A stretch of 64,000 bases of DNA from assembly GCA_021107635.1 (NCBI GenBank), contig JAIOSL010000038.1, positions 3,512 through 67,511 on the forward strand, read 5' to 3'. A model generated the notes under the pieces. It made no database searches, had not been told where the DNA came from, and worked only from the letters and a program-made list of their open reading frames with translations. This document shows, one piece after another, positions 18,501-26,544 of the stretch (the stretch's first letter is position 1; every line of letters starts with the position of its first letter). The stretch comes from an archaeon. Lineage in GTDB: Archaea > B1Sed10-29 > WALL01 > JAGHAM01. Position numbers and translations under genes: made by a program.

Positions 18501-20240
18501 TCGCATATTTTTTAGTTCGCCTATTTTAGCAGCGTATGAAACATCGCCTATAGATCCTCCAGCAGCAGCTGCTATTTGAGCATCAGATAGAAGACCTCTT
18601 TGAATCATAAGATCTTTGCGATATCGATCTAGAGGTTTAATCGTTTCAAGGAGTTCATTGGATTTAGCCTTGTGGAAAAATTTGTATTTATCCCCGTCTT
18701 TGGCAATGAATTTAGTTGTTTCTCCTTTGAAGGAAAACTGATCAAAGTTATCTAAGTGTGTAGCAAGAGCAGATAAGTCATCTGTATTAGCAACAATGTC
18801 ATCAGTACTAACAATCGCAAGTCGTGTAAAAACATCGTCAGCCGTTATTCCTGCTCTAGTATTCAATAAGGTATCATCTGCATAAGAAGGAAGTACTTTC
18901 AGGACGGACTCCTTTGAGAAACCAGTACCTATAAGATTATTGCCTACTTCTTTAACAGTATGAGACTTCTTTATATTTAGAGTTTTTTTGATAGTATAAG
19001 CAGAAGGTGAAATGCTTTTGCCTTTAACATGCTTAACAATCTCTGCATAATCTGATTTTTTGACCCCACGAACAAGTGCGGTATCAAGTTCTCTTGATGC
19101 TTTATTGTTGACATGCCTCAAGGCATCATCATGAGTGCCAATAAAGGATTTAAGTTTTTCCACAATAGAAGACCTAACTCCTCTTTTCGTGAAATCGGCT
19201 TTCATCATGCCTGTCAAAGCTTCATCCATCTTATTGAGGTTTTTAGCAGTATAAGTCATTTCTGTTGTCTCAGAGAGGAACAACCTACGCACATCATCAT
19301 GAGAACGCGAGGTGGTCTTTAGCCAGAGCGTGTCTCTTTTGAAGAGTCCGGAAATTGCTGGCTTCATTATTGTTCCGAAAGCATGAGCCATAAAGACTCC
19401 TTGAGTCGCACCATCAAACCACGCGAGTCTTTTCATTCTGGCAGTGAAATACATGTAAGTTCGTGGAATGATAAAAACAGAGCCGCTGGACGGAAACACT
19501 GCCATTGAAGTAGACCATTTTCCTGCCTTCATTCTGGAATAATCCAATGCCACATACCCCCAAGAGCCATCAACACCTTCTTCCATGTTCAAAGTGTTAA
19601 TAAGTGAAATCCAGCTTGTGCCAACAGTCTCAAAAGTCCCATTTATGATTCCAGTGGTATACCCACCAGGCTTAATATTAAAGTCATCAGTTGCCTCGCC
19701 CACACGCTTAGTGCAAACTCCATCGTCAGTATCATTTATTGGAAGTTCTGGACACATAGCAAGGTCTTCTGCCATCATCGCGCCATATTCTACTCTACCA
19801 TCAATCTTAGTGCCAATGATAATTGCATTGTCTGGTCTTAATTTTTGACCTAGTTTAGGTGCGTAAAACACCATTCCGTCAGGGCCATGAAAATATAAAT
19901 TGTATTTTTCCAATCGTTTCTGGGATTCAGTCTGAACACTTGCATTTAAGCCTAGTTCTTCTACAACCTGTGCTTCTCTGTAACGCTGTGCGCTTGTTGC
20001 AACGTCTTGTTGGACTATGCCTTGTATTGCTAGGGCTTGGTCATAGTTTAAGTTGGTGACGTTTATTCCTCCAAGAGAACAGAGTCTGGCATTGATATCA
20101 AAAGGTTCTGTGATTGGAGGGGTTGTTTCGTTAAATGTCATGTTAGCATTGTTCTGTGCCATTACGCCCACAGGCCAGAAAAGAGAGACTAGAAGTATGA
20201 GAGCGAACGTTAAAGGTATGGTTTTGTGCCTCGCGAGCAT
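15549..20240 (-). CDS. Giant exported protein (1563 aa) with N-terminal signal peptide and C-terminal TM anchor; no recognisable domain
   Basis: 4.7-kb uninterrupted ORF; ATG 20240 gives MLARHKTIPLTFALILLVSLFWPVGVMA-QNN; C-terminus ..PEETDW-TFLLYILALAGGIFLA-RTRLKKRTTP; TTG 20258 is an alternative start. Confidence 0.8.
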   Translation of the reverse strand: MLARHKTIPLTFALILLVSLFWPVGVMAQNNANMTFNETTPPITEPFDINARLCSLGGINVTNLNYDQALAIQGIVQQDVATSAQRYREAQVVEELGLNASVQTESQKRLEKYNLYFHGPDGMVFYAPKLGQKLRPDNAIIIGTKIDGRVEYGAMMAEDLAMCPELPINDTDDGVCTKRVGEATDDFNIKPGGYTTGIINGTFETVGTSWISLINTLNMEEGVDGSWGYVALDYSRMKAGKWSTSMAVFPSSGSVFIIPRTYMYFTARMKRLAWFDGATQGVFMAHAFGTIMKPAISGLFKRDTLWLKTTSRSHDDVRRLFLSETTEMTYTAKNLNKMDEALTGMMKADFTKRGVRSSIVEKLKSFIGTHDDALRHVNNKASRELDTALVRGVKKSDYAEIVKHVKGKSISPSAYTIKKTLNIKKSHTVKEVGNNLIGTGFSKESVLKVLPSYADDTLLNTRAGITADDVFTRLAIVSTDDIVANTDDLSALATHLDNFDQFSFKGETTKFIAKDGDKYKFFHKAKSNELLETIKPLDRYRKDLMIQRGLLSDAQIAAAAGGSIGDVSYAAKIGELKNMRIPSAGALSNDEIYHIVKKGYEIKPLEKYSKGQKSFATQRRILSMDWLGHGGLSGKVSALKISNPAIAGLARLPLKSLAAVLQGLYFAARPITLVAYGLHLGGLMFEKEGFLTLASPGITLHWDPESTDTLFTPTSSLILLGIPKEVDALHESGVGGYFVGKHVRDFLVAIGGYEPTMATKYSELGQNLLFGGIMYDNTPQIISMYDKENPRGSTEVELTDKGYLMRITNWENHDMVLIEDPASMRILAEDTAVSALGMRTTNMDIYKHSFGQPNEVRSVFPWTWGISTALRKLGSRTETIALGSLIYLWPSIPIARYSLAPVIAGIVGRGVFGGGEELLTSQTTSMKDLEQCYVQPNYTSEFIDCTSRPPCEAVHAKCEASIGMMSMYLGASGIVQMAAEKSVAFSALNLALGISDFVVLSGVGEWKGKIELTTDCMEELLTCNERSFMIIGGSDYRDPSVIQAEIEESQQIKGLPGLDALPIDNFLEGLNIGQDDSLLKPAQMQLNIHSEMDNATGRMMFEDIYYFHLKDAVIDWLRSDLDLHFCPMIGGNPQDELCVRVSGDTIYVGDKPILTHELVPFKWLDENLPALIIPNTAIKININETTDCAIFTSDPSGKNIKFNQDIISTFEGEHFEELERMMGALRDIETDSGAIYPNIDYNGDYRWERDVPDGSYAYSLNPIAVTAKAKVEFENETFGFRSAIFEGGVVIKKGDFIYIVPKYFRPAISGTEWYELTKGKPLVSDTGLPLEIYDDQGQIMGINGSLTRIPGGDKLGTITKVFGLDDQNQTVGFAFTKDENGTMHLELMHGNQTEVFDIDQIEIDEDSGCILVYEKGKPHVEANLIRRVCLESKPDGSTVINITNPQTGETLGEAIVDWIIGTGGSIKYDRDNNNYVFVNGQPIQMNNEFKTHGFDAITGRPEPPLLQPSAIDEGIPPWKPPTPTGIQIPTRPEETDWTFLLYILALAGGIFLARTRLKKRTTP

Positions 20241-20260
20241 GGATAGATATACTATCAATG

Positions 20261-20270
20261 CATATATAAA
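20261..20270 (-). promoter_or_regulatory. TATA-box-like element upstream of giant gene
   Basis: Minus-strand TTTATATATG centred ~26 nt upstream of ATG 20240, the spacing expected for a leaderless archaeal transcript. Confidence 0.35.
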
Positions 20271-20285
20271 GCTAATCTCATTTTT

Positions 20286-20735
20286 TTAGTATTGTAGTGG
20301 CATGTTAGAGAATAGCCCAAAGACAAAGAATATTGTCCCCCAGAATGCTGCACTTGCTATGAGACAAAGCAGAAATTGTAAGAGATGCCAGGGTAGCATG
20401 GGATATTTTTTCAAGAGTTTTTGGTAAGCTAGTGTAGCAGGTGTCACAGCTAAAAAGAATATTGCCAGGCCGTATAGCAGTGGCACTTGAAATGCTTGAG
20501 GTGTGACTCCGCTGGTTATGAAAACAAAAATCCACGCTAAGAATAGATATATTTCTAAGAGGACTAGTCTCAAGAGCCAATTGAATTCTTTCTTGATTTT
20601 TTTGAAATAGTAGCTGGTGATAGCTACGACTATAAACACTATTATGGATGTTAGGAATGAAGTTATTGCCCAACAGGAAAGTTTTCCATATTCTGAACAG
20701 GTATAAAACAGAGTTAAAAAGAGTTCTAGTAGCAT
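20286..20735 (-). CDS. Polytopic membrane protein (4-5 TM), unknown
   Basis: 149 aa, almost entirely hydrophobic helices; lies between the pilin-like genes and the giant gene on the same strand. Confidence 0.5.
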   Translation of the reverse strand: MLLELFLTLFYTCSEYGKLSCWAITSFLTSIIVFIVVAITSYYFKKIKKEFNWLLRLVLLEIYLFLAWIFVFITSGVTPQAFQVPLLYGLAIFFLAVTPATLAYQKLLKKYPMLPWHLLQFLLCLIASAAFWGTIFFVFGLFSNMPLQY

Positions 20736-20756
20736 TGTTATCTCCTTATCGCATTC

Positions 20757-21404
20757 TCAGTAATAAATCTTTGCTTCCATCATGCAAGCTATTTTTCCAC
20801 AAATCTTTCTTTGCTCGCCTGAAGAATAGTATGGGGGTTTTGGTTTGCATTTGGTTGGAACTCCGGCTTGATCTGGACAAGTATACTTTGGTGTTGGAAG
20901 AGAGTCACAAGCCATTATATTGCCATCTCCATCTCTATTGCATGCTCCTTTCTGGAAATCTTCGACCCACTTACTTATGTTTTCTCCATAAGGATCACTT
21001 GAAGAGATAGGGCAACTGAAAAGGAGAGGGTCTGCATATGTTCCAAAAACAACTGGTGTGTCTGGAGCATATACTGAAAGTTCTAGAGGATGTGGCGATT
21101 GTAAACATAGTGTATGCCATTGCATCATCATAGCCTCATAACGAGGATCAGCATTATCAAATGCTCCAATCATGTAGTAGCCTATTTCATCCAAAAAAAA
21201 GCGTTTCGCTCCTGCGGGTTGCTCGTATTCGATTTCTGTCAGTGTATTAAGAATTCCACTGTCGAATTCGCCCATGTACATGAAATAATATGCTTTAAAT
21301 GAGGTTGCTCCATAAACTGATGCTGCCCAGAATAGTAGTGCTGCTGCGGAAGCACATAACATTAGGAAAAAAATTCCATCAATTATAACTGCTTGGGCTT
21401 TCAT
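20757..21404 (-). CDS. Pilin-like protein (class III signal-like), Cys-rich
   Basis: ATG 21404 makes ATGA overlap with upstream stop; MKAQ-AVIIDGIFFLMLCASAAALLFWAA; C-terminal part has many Cys. Confidence 0.45.
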   Translation of the reverse strand: MKAQAVIIDGIFFLMLCASAAALLFWAASVYGATSFKAYYFMYMGEFDSGILNTLTEIEYEQPAGAKRFFLDEIGYYMIGAFDNADPRYEAMMMQWHTLCLQSPHPLELSVYAPDTPVVFGTYADPLLFSCPISSSDPYGENISKWVEDFQKGACNRDGDGNIMACDSLPTPKYTCPDQAGVPTKCKPKPPYYSSGEQRKICGKIACMMEAKIYY

Positions 21405-21961
21405 GTCCATGTTATCACTTCCAATTCTGCTGTAAGAGCTCGCTTGGTTCCACCATCATCAACATCAACTACAATAGGATATTTCATTGAAACAAAGTCT
21501 CTCCCGTCCATGAATTCCTGAACTGGAACATACTTACCCCAATCATCAAAAGTGGTTCCTCCTTCATAGCATACTGCTTCTGTAGTGGCATCTGAAGGAT
21601 CAAAAGAAAAGTTTTTTGATTCAAAAACATAATTTGGTGTAGATGTATCATAAGTAGTATAGTTGGTTCTGTCTATTCTCATTGCTGCATGAATACCATA
21701 ATTAGAACGAGATGTTTTGAGCAAAGGGCAAGCATAATCCTTCCAATAGTCATGATCCATGTGTTTTCTTTCACGTATTGCTCTAGATATCATGATGTTT
21801 GCACGCATTGCATTTACTCTTGAATTTTTTGCTTCATATACGTTGTAAGTGACTGTGACTGCTCCAAAAAACAGCATTAGTCCTAACAGTATTGGGAACA
21901 TTGCGGGAAAATCATCCCCTATTGGACCGATATACCCTTTTTTCATGTTTAACACAATCAT
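21401..21961 (-). CDS. Pilin-like protein
   Basis: 186 aa; MIVLNMKKG-YIGPIGDDFPAMFPILLGLMLFFGAVTV; ATGA overlap with upstream gene. Confidence 0.4.
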   Translation of the reverse strand: MIVLNMKKGYIGPIGDDFPAMFPILLGLMLFFGAVTVTYNVYEAKNSRVNAMRANIMISRAIRERKHMDHDYWKDYACPLLKTSRSNYGIHAAMRIDRTNYTTYDTSTPNYVFESKNFSFDPSDATTEAVCYEGGTTFDDWGKYVPVQEFMDGRDFVSMKYPIVVDVDDGGTKRALTAELEVITWT

Positions 21962-22668
21962 TTACAATCGATAGGAATATCTGCTGGATCAAGGAAACAA
22001 CACTCAATAAGTCTATCCATTGATTCTTTAGCATTAGTATCTAATTTTTTCTTGCTTGCGATGCAAAGCACGGGACCGTCTCTATAAAAGAGCAAACCGT
22101 CATCTCGTTTAGACCCGTCTATGGAAGGTCTTAAAACCAGGTCTTTATCAACAGTGTCTAGGAATAATGGATAAGTAGGTATATTTGTACTAGTAAGACG
22201 TCCTTTGAACATGTGAACTTTCCGAATGTCATCTGGAGGTTGACTGGGAAGTTCTAGTGCAACTGCTGCAACAAATTGTTCTATGTCATTGATTTCATCA
22301 TTGGCATAAGCATCTTCTGCTGGTTGTCCTGTTTCCCACGTAAGAAGGAATACGATTCTTTCAGAAGATGGAGACCCCTGATGAGTGATGCCTGCAGTAT
22401 AACTTCTTATTTGAGTACTTTTGCCTGTACCTCCACTAATCATAATTTTGTTTTCTATTGGCAAGATAATGCTTCCGGAGGGAAACATGACTACTGAGTT
22501 AGCTGATTCGGCCCATAGCATAATTACTGCTCGAGCATTATCTTCAATTACTCTTTCTTGATATATGCTCAACACTCCAGTTAATACTACTACAAGTCCT
22601 AACAAGAATACCATTAGAACAGTCTTTGACATAACCCACATTCCGAGACCGCGTTTAGCTTGAATCAT
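21958..22668 (-). CDS. Pilin-like protein
   Basis: ATG 22668 gives ATGA overlap with upstream stop; MIQAKRG-LGMWVMSKTVLMVFLLGLVVVLTGV. Confidence 0.4.
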   Translation of the reverse strand: MIQAKRGLGMWVMSKTVLMVFLLGLVVVLTGVLSIYQERVIEDNARAVIMLWAESANSVVMFPSGSIILPIENKIMISGGTGKSTQIRSYTAGITHQGSPSSERIVFLLTWETGQPAEDAYANDEINDIEQFVAAVALELPSQPPDDIRKVHMFKGRLTSTNIPTYPLFLDTVDKDLVLRPSIDGSKRDDGLLFYRDGPVLCIASKKKLDTNAKESMDRLIECCFLDPADIPIDCK

Positions 22669-23267
22669 GTGCATTCACTTAAAGTCCCATAACAACAAAT
22701 TCTGAACTTGTTTGCAGTGCCAGTAGAATCTTTGAGAAAAACTAGAGAGTAGGATTTAGGTTCTGTTAAGTTAAGGCCAAACATGCGTTCTCCGCCAGAA
22801 GTCATTTCAATATTCCTATAACCTCTGTCAGTATCAAGCATGGGAGCAGGACATCCTCTAGTATCTAGAGTCAAACCCATTGGAATTCTAACACATACTG
22901 GTTGTCCAACAACACTAGCAAATCCATCTTGTTCCCCTTCCGCAACAATTATTCTACATGAACCTACATTACAAAATTTAATGCAATCTTCTGCTCTAGG
23001 ATTACGTATTGTAATATTTTTTGTCATTACACTGCCACAGGAAAGATCTCCAAAGTTTAGGTTAATCATAGTTGCGTTTCCGGTTAAACCGGTTGCTATT
23101 TCTATTTCACTAGCAAATCTTTGCATGTTTGATTGAATTTTGTTTTCACATTGCAATCTGTCATAATTAGTGTACATTTGTGCAATTATTGGAAGTAGTA
23201 GCGCTAGCATTGCTGCTGCAAGAAATAGAGCAAAAGGTCCTTCTTCTTGTCCTTTAGTCCCGAACAT
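22665..23267 (-). CDS. Pilin-like protein, Cys-rich
   Basis: 200 aa; MFGTKGQ-EEGPFALFLAAAMLALLLPIIA; 10 Cys in the globular part. Confidence 0.5.
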   Translation of the reverse strand: MFGTKGQEEGPFALFLAAAMLALLLPIIAQMYTNYDRLQCENKIQSNMQRFASEIEIATGLTGNATMINLNFGDLSCGSVMTKNITIRNPRAEDCIKFCNVGSCRIIVAEGEQDGFASVVGQPVCVRIPMGLTLDTRGCPAPMLDTDRGYRNIEMTSGGERMFGLNLTEPKSYSLVFLKDSTGTANKFRICCYGTLSECT

Positions 23268-23325
23268 ATGAGAGAATACGATAAACTAGGTTATAAATGT
23301 TATCTGGAGGAAGATTACGGTATTA

Positions 23326-23454
23326 TTAGAAGCCCATGCCAAAAGATGCTGATTGAAACATAGGCTTGATAACACTTACTAAGAGAATAATGGCGATGGC
23401 AGCCAGTATCAAAAGGTAGATGGGCGTCCAGTTGACATCACCTTTAGAGTTCAC
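23326..23454 (-). CDS. Unlisted 42-aa ORF: mini pilin-like/single-TM protein
   Basis: GTG start; MNSKG-DVNWTPIYLLILAAIAIILLVSVIKPMFQSASFGMGF*; below the 60-aa ORF-track cutoff; fills the only gap in the pilin gene run. Confidence 0.3.
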   Translation of the reverse strand: MNSKGDVNWTPIYLLILAAIAIILLVSVIKPMFQSASFGMGF

Positions 23455-23463
23455 TTAAACACC

Positions 23464-23943
23464 TTATGCGTTAACGTTAAAACCAATGATATACTTTCCA
23501 TTATTGTTGTATACTCTGATTTTTCCGCTTACATCCTTAGTTGCAGTAATCACCATTGGATTATCAGCATCACCACAAGAACCAGTTAAATCAAAGAATA
23601 TGCTAGTGAAGTTATAACCAGCTGGGCAGGAAGCTAGGTCACCTGGAGTTAAAGTACCATTACAGAAACAAACGGTTCCTTGGTTGACTCCTGCTTGGTC
23701 AGCTATACCTGAAGTGGACATGACATCTCCTTTAACAAATTGTACATTTTGAGGAGATACTGTTCCAGAGCCTCTGGCCTGTTTTACTGAAGAAATGCTT
23801 TGAGTTATTACGTGCATTGGTTCTCCTACAGGCACAATAAAGCCTTGGAGCATTCCAAGAATTATTACTAGAATGGTTCCTGCTACTACAGCAGCAATCA
23901 AAAGTTTAAAAGCATCAAAAGCTTGTCCTTTTTCATTAAACAT
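23464..23943 (-). CDS. Pilin-like protein (candidate major pilin)
   Basis: 159 aa; MFNEKGQ-AFDAFKLLIAAVVAGTILVIILGML; GAGGT SD ~9 nt upstream and own TATA-like CTTTTTAAAC; 4 Cys near C-terminus. Confidence 0.55.
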   Translation of the reverse strand: MFNEKGQAFDAFKLLIAAVVAGTILVIILGMLQGFIVPVGEPMHVITQSISSVKQARGSGTVSPQNVQFVKGDVMSTSGIADQAGVNQGTVCFCNGTLTPGDLASCPAGYNFTSIFFDLTGSCGDADNPMVITATKDVSGKIRVYNNNGKYIIGFNVNA

Positions 23944-23998
23944 GGGGTATTACCTCAAAATAAACTACAGAAAAGAGGTTTAAAAAGGTTTCTGTTAT

Positions 23999-24448
23999 TT
24001 ACCAGTTGGCAGGAGAACATTCTTCTTTATCAATGTAAACTCTACACTCTCCCAAATCGTCACATGAGGAACAAACTTTTACTTCGTATCCTTTAGTCAA
24101 AGAAATAAACGTGCAACCATTGCCAGGAAGAGCACAACCAGGAAATTCACAGAATGCTGCATCACAAAATATTTTTACATTAGTTGAGGGGGGTATGCCT
24201 GATTTTATTATAAGGCTATCAGAACTGAAATCTTGATTTTTAAGCCAGGCTGTTTTAACAAAAGAGTGTCCTGTACCTCTTGCATTATACGCACTTTTTA
24301 GGACATCAGAGCTGATGGTTTGCACATCAGTGCCATGAGTGATGTAAGTAATCCATTGAACAACACCCCACAAAATTGCTAAAAAAGCCATTGCGAAGAC
24401 AGCACCTTGTAATAGCTTAAACACTGAAGAGTATTGTCCTCGATTCAT
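23999..24448 (-). CDS. Pilin-like protein, Cys-rich
   Basis: 149 aa; MNRGQ-YSSVFKLLQGAVFAMAFLAILWGVV; 8 Cys in the last ~60 aa. Confidence 0.5.
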   Translation of the reverse strand: MNRGQYSSVFKLLQGAVFAMAFLAILWGVVQWITYITHGTDVQTISSDVLKSAYNARGTGHSFVKTAWLKNQDFSSDSLIIKSGIPPSTNVKIFCDAAFCEFPGCALPGNGCTFISLTKGYEVKVCSSCDDLGECRVYIDKEECSPANW

Positions 24449-26544
24449 GCTTGCACCATTTTCAAGGAAAAGAACGCTACTATAAAGAAAATCATCATTG
24501 CTATTGGTAATGCTTTTGAAATACTAATTTTGAAAGCTAAGTCGTTCTCTCCTTCTGTGACTTGAGATGCAAAATACATTAAAATTGTCACTATTTGAAC
24601 CATGTATATTACAATCACTAAGAATAAAATGTTCTGGTCAAAGACAGGACCTCCTTCAGCTCCCCCAAACATGCTTCCAACACTGGTAAGAGGAGCAGCT
24701 AAGCCACCGACCCCTCCAGGTATTGACCCAGAAGAAGCAGGCATTTGACCTGAAACAGAACCTAAAGCATTACTTATTACTCTTTGAAGAGCTACAGTAA
24801 TTCCAAGTACTGAAGGCGCTATGAGCGTGCTCATGACGCTCATCATGCTTGTGATATCTTCTAGCATTCCTTTCAATGATCTTTCTACTTTTTGAGAGTC
24901 TTGTAATTGAAATGAAAGTGAAACTAACGATCTGGCTGCTGTTTGAACGCCTAGAGTTAATGATTCTACAACTATTTGCATGGTTCCTCTTATAAAGTCT
25001 GATGGCACGTACCTCAATGAACCATATGCTTTGTCAAACAAAGCCATTTTGAGTGTCATGCCCATTACTGTGATGTTTTGAAGTGTAGGAATGAATATTT
25101 TTTTGGTAACTGGTGAATTAGGAAGAAAGTCAGCTGTATGTTTGAGAGCTTCTTCCATGGGTTTGCCTTCTCCTAACCGTGATGCAAGAATGTATAAAGT
25201 GTCTTGAAAATCATTCTCCATTTTAACTAGTTCTAATTGGGCGTGACGTTTGTCTTTGTTGTTTGCCCAGAGATAAAAACAGATTGCAAAGACTATTCCA
25301 AGAGACCATCCCATGTATTCTATTAAAGGCATGTATGCGTCTACTTGTTCTGTTTGCCATGCTGGAGGCATTGGATTGACTATTGGATTGAATATGTACC
25401 CTGCTATTATTGTTGCAGCCATGATAGCTAAAGAAACAACAATCACGGGCAACTGATACTTGCCTATTTGGAACCATCCTCGTTTTGGGAGCCCAGGCAG
25501 GTTATCAGGAATTTTTGGTATTGGCCTGGCAGGGGGTCTTTTTCCTAGAATAGACTTGGCCATTATTAGAGCAATCAATGGAATGATAATGTTGTAGATT
25601 AGTATTAATGCGACTGGAGATCCAAGAAAACCCATTGACTCTGATGCCATCATTGAACCAACAGGAATTACAATGATTAGTAGTAGAGGAAGCAGAACAC
25701 CGAGATAGTATAGGTATATGGAAGGCTGATGCATTGCACGAGAATACATGTCCATTTTGTCTTTGATTCCTTGTAAGGCATCAGTTACTGCTTTGTCCAA
25801 GAGTTCATTGCGTTTGCCTTCATCTACTTCCATTACTGAAGAACGAATCAGCATGAGCGCGTGTTTGAATTCTTCTGAATATTCTCCCCATTTCCATGCC
25901 ATGTAATCGAGTGCTTCTTCTACTGTTCTGTATTTTCCTATGTGAATATCATAGCGTAGCTTGCGAAAGTCTTTTGCTACCCTGCCATGTCCATGATCTG
26001 CTGCAAATTTGATTGATCGTTCTAGATTGGGAGAGACTTTCATTGCCATGACGATATAGTTTATGATTTCAGGAATGTATCCAAGAGATTTTATTTTTTC
26101 TTTTTCTGCTGCTTTGAACGGATAAATTTGAATGTAGTAGCCTAGACCAAATGCTACTGCGAAAGGTACAAGATAAAGGATCATAGACATTCCTGACAGA
26201 GGATGACCAATTAGAGTGGTTCCACTCCATATAATCGGTTGTGATAGGATGTATTTGAGCAGGTAGTTGAGTAAAGCCCATCCAAAGGCTAGGACAAATC
26301 CTATGACCATGACAAACATTGGCGCAGAATTAAATTCTTGTGGAGTGAGATTCCAATCAAGAAAAGCTAGCGTGACTTCATATTTAGGATCTATTTCTTT
26401 TTTAGCGTTTTTCCCGAAGTATTTGTGCGAAAACTTACAGAGTTTAACATACCAGTGTTCTTTTTGGTCTATCCCATCCAGTTTATGTTTTCCTCCGCCA
26501 AACACGGCATCAAAAAAGGCTTTACTGCTGTTTTGCTTCTTCAC
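24445..26544 (-). CDS. FlaJ/PilC-like platform protein with two T2SSF-like domains (fused form)
   Basis: 699 aa; two helical domains (IINYIVMAMKVSPNLERSIKFAA..; DTLYILASRLGEGKPMEEALKHTA..), each followed by TM bundles; overlaps the end of the ATPase gene. Confidence 0.7.
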   Translation of the reverse strand: MKKQNSSKAFFDAVFGGGKHKLDGIDQKEHWYVKLCKFSHKYFGKNAKKEIDPKYEVTLAFLDWNLTPQEFNSAPMFVMVIGFVLAFGWALLNYLLKYILSQPIIWSGTTLIGHPLSGMSMILYLVPFAVAFGLGYYIQIYPFKAAEKEKIKSLGYIPEIINYIVMAMKVSPNLERSIKFAADHGHGRVAKDFRKLRYDIHIGKYRTVEEALDYMAWKWGEYSEEFKHALMLIRSSVMEVDEGKRNELLDKAVTDALQGIKDKMDMYSRAMHQPSIYLYYLGVLLPLLLIIVIPVGSMMASESMGFLGSPVALILIYNIIIPLIALIMAKSILGKRPPARPIPKIPDNLPGLPKRGWFQIGKYQLPVIVVSLAIMAATIIAGYIFNPIVNPMPPAWQTEQVDAYMPLIEYMGWSLGIVFAICFYLWANNKDKRHAQLELVKMENDFQDTLYILASRLGEGKPMEEALKHTADFLPNSPVTKKIFIPTLQNITVMGMTLKMALFDKAYGSLRYVPSDFIRGTMQIVVESLTLGVQTAARSLVSLSFQLQDSQKVERSLKGMLEDITSMMSVMSTLIAPSVLGITVALQRVISNALGSVSGQMPASSGSIPGGVGGLAAPLTSVGSMFGGAEGGPVFDQNILFLVIVIYMVQIVTILMYFASQVTEGENDLAFKISISKALPIAMMIFFIVAFFSLKMVQA

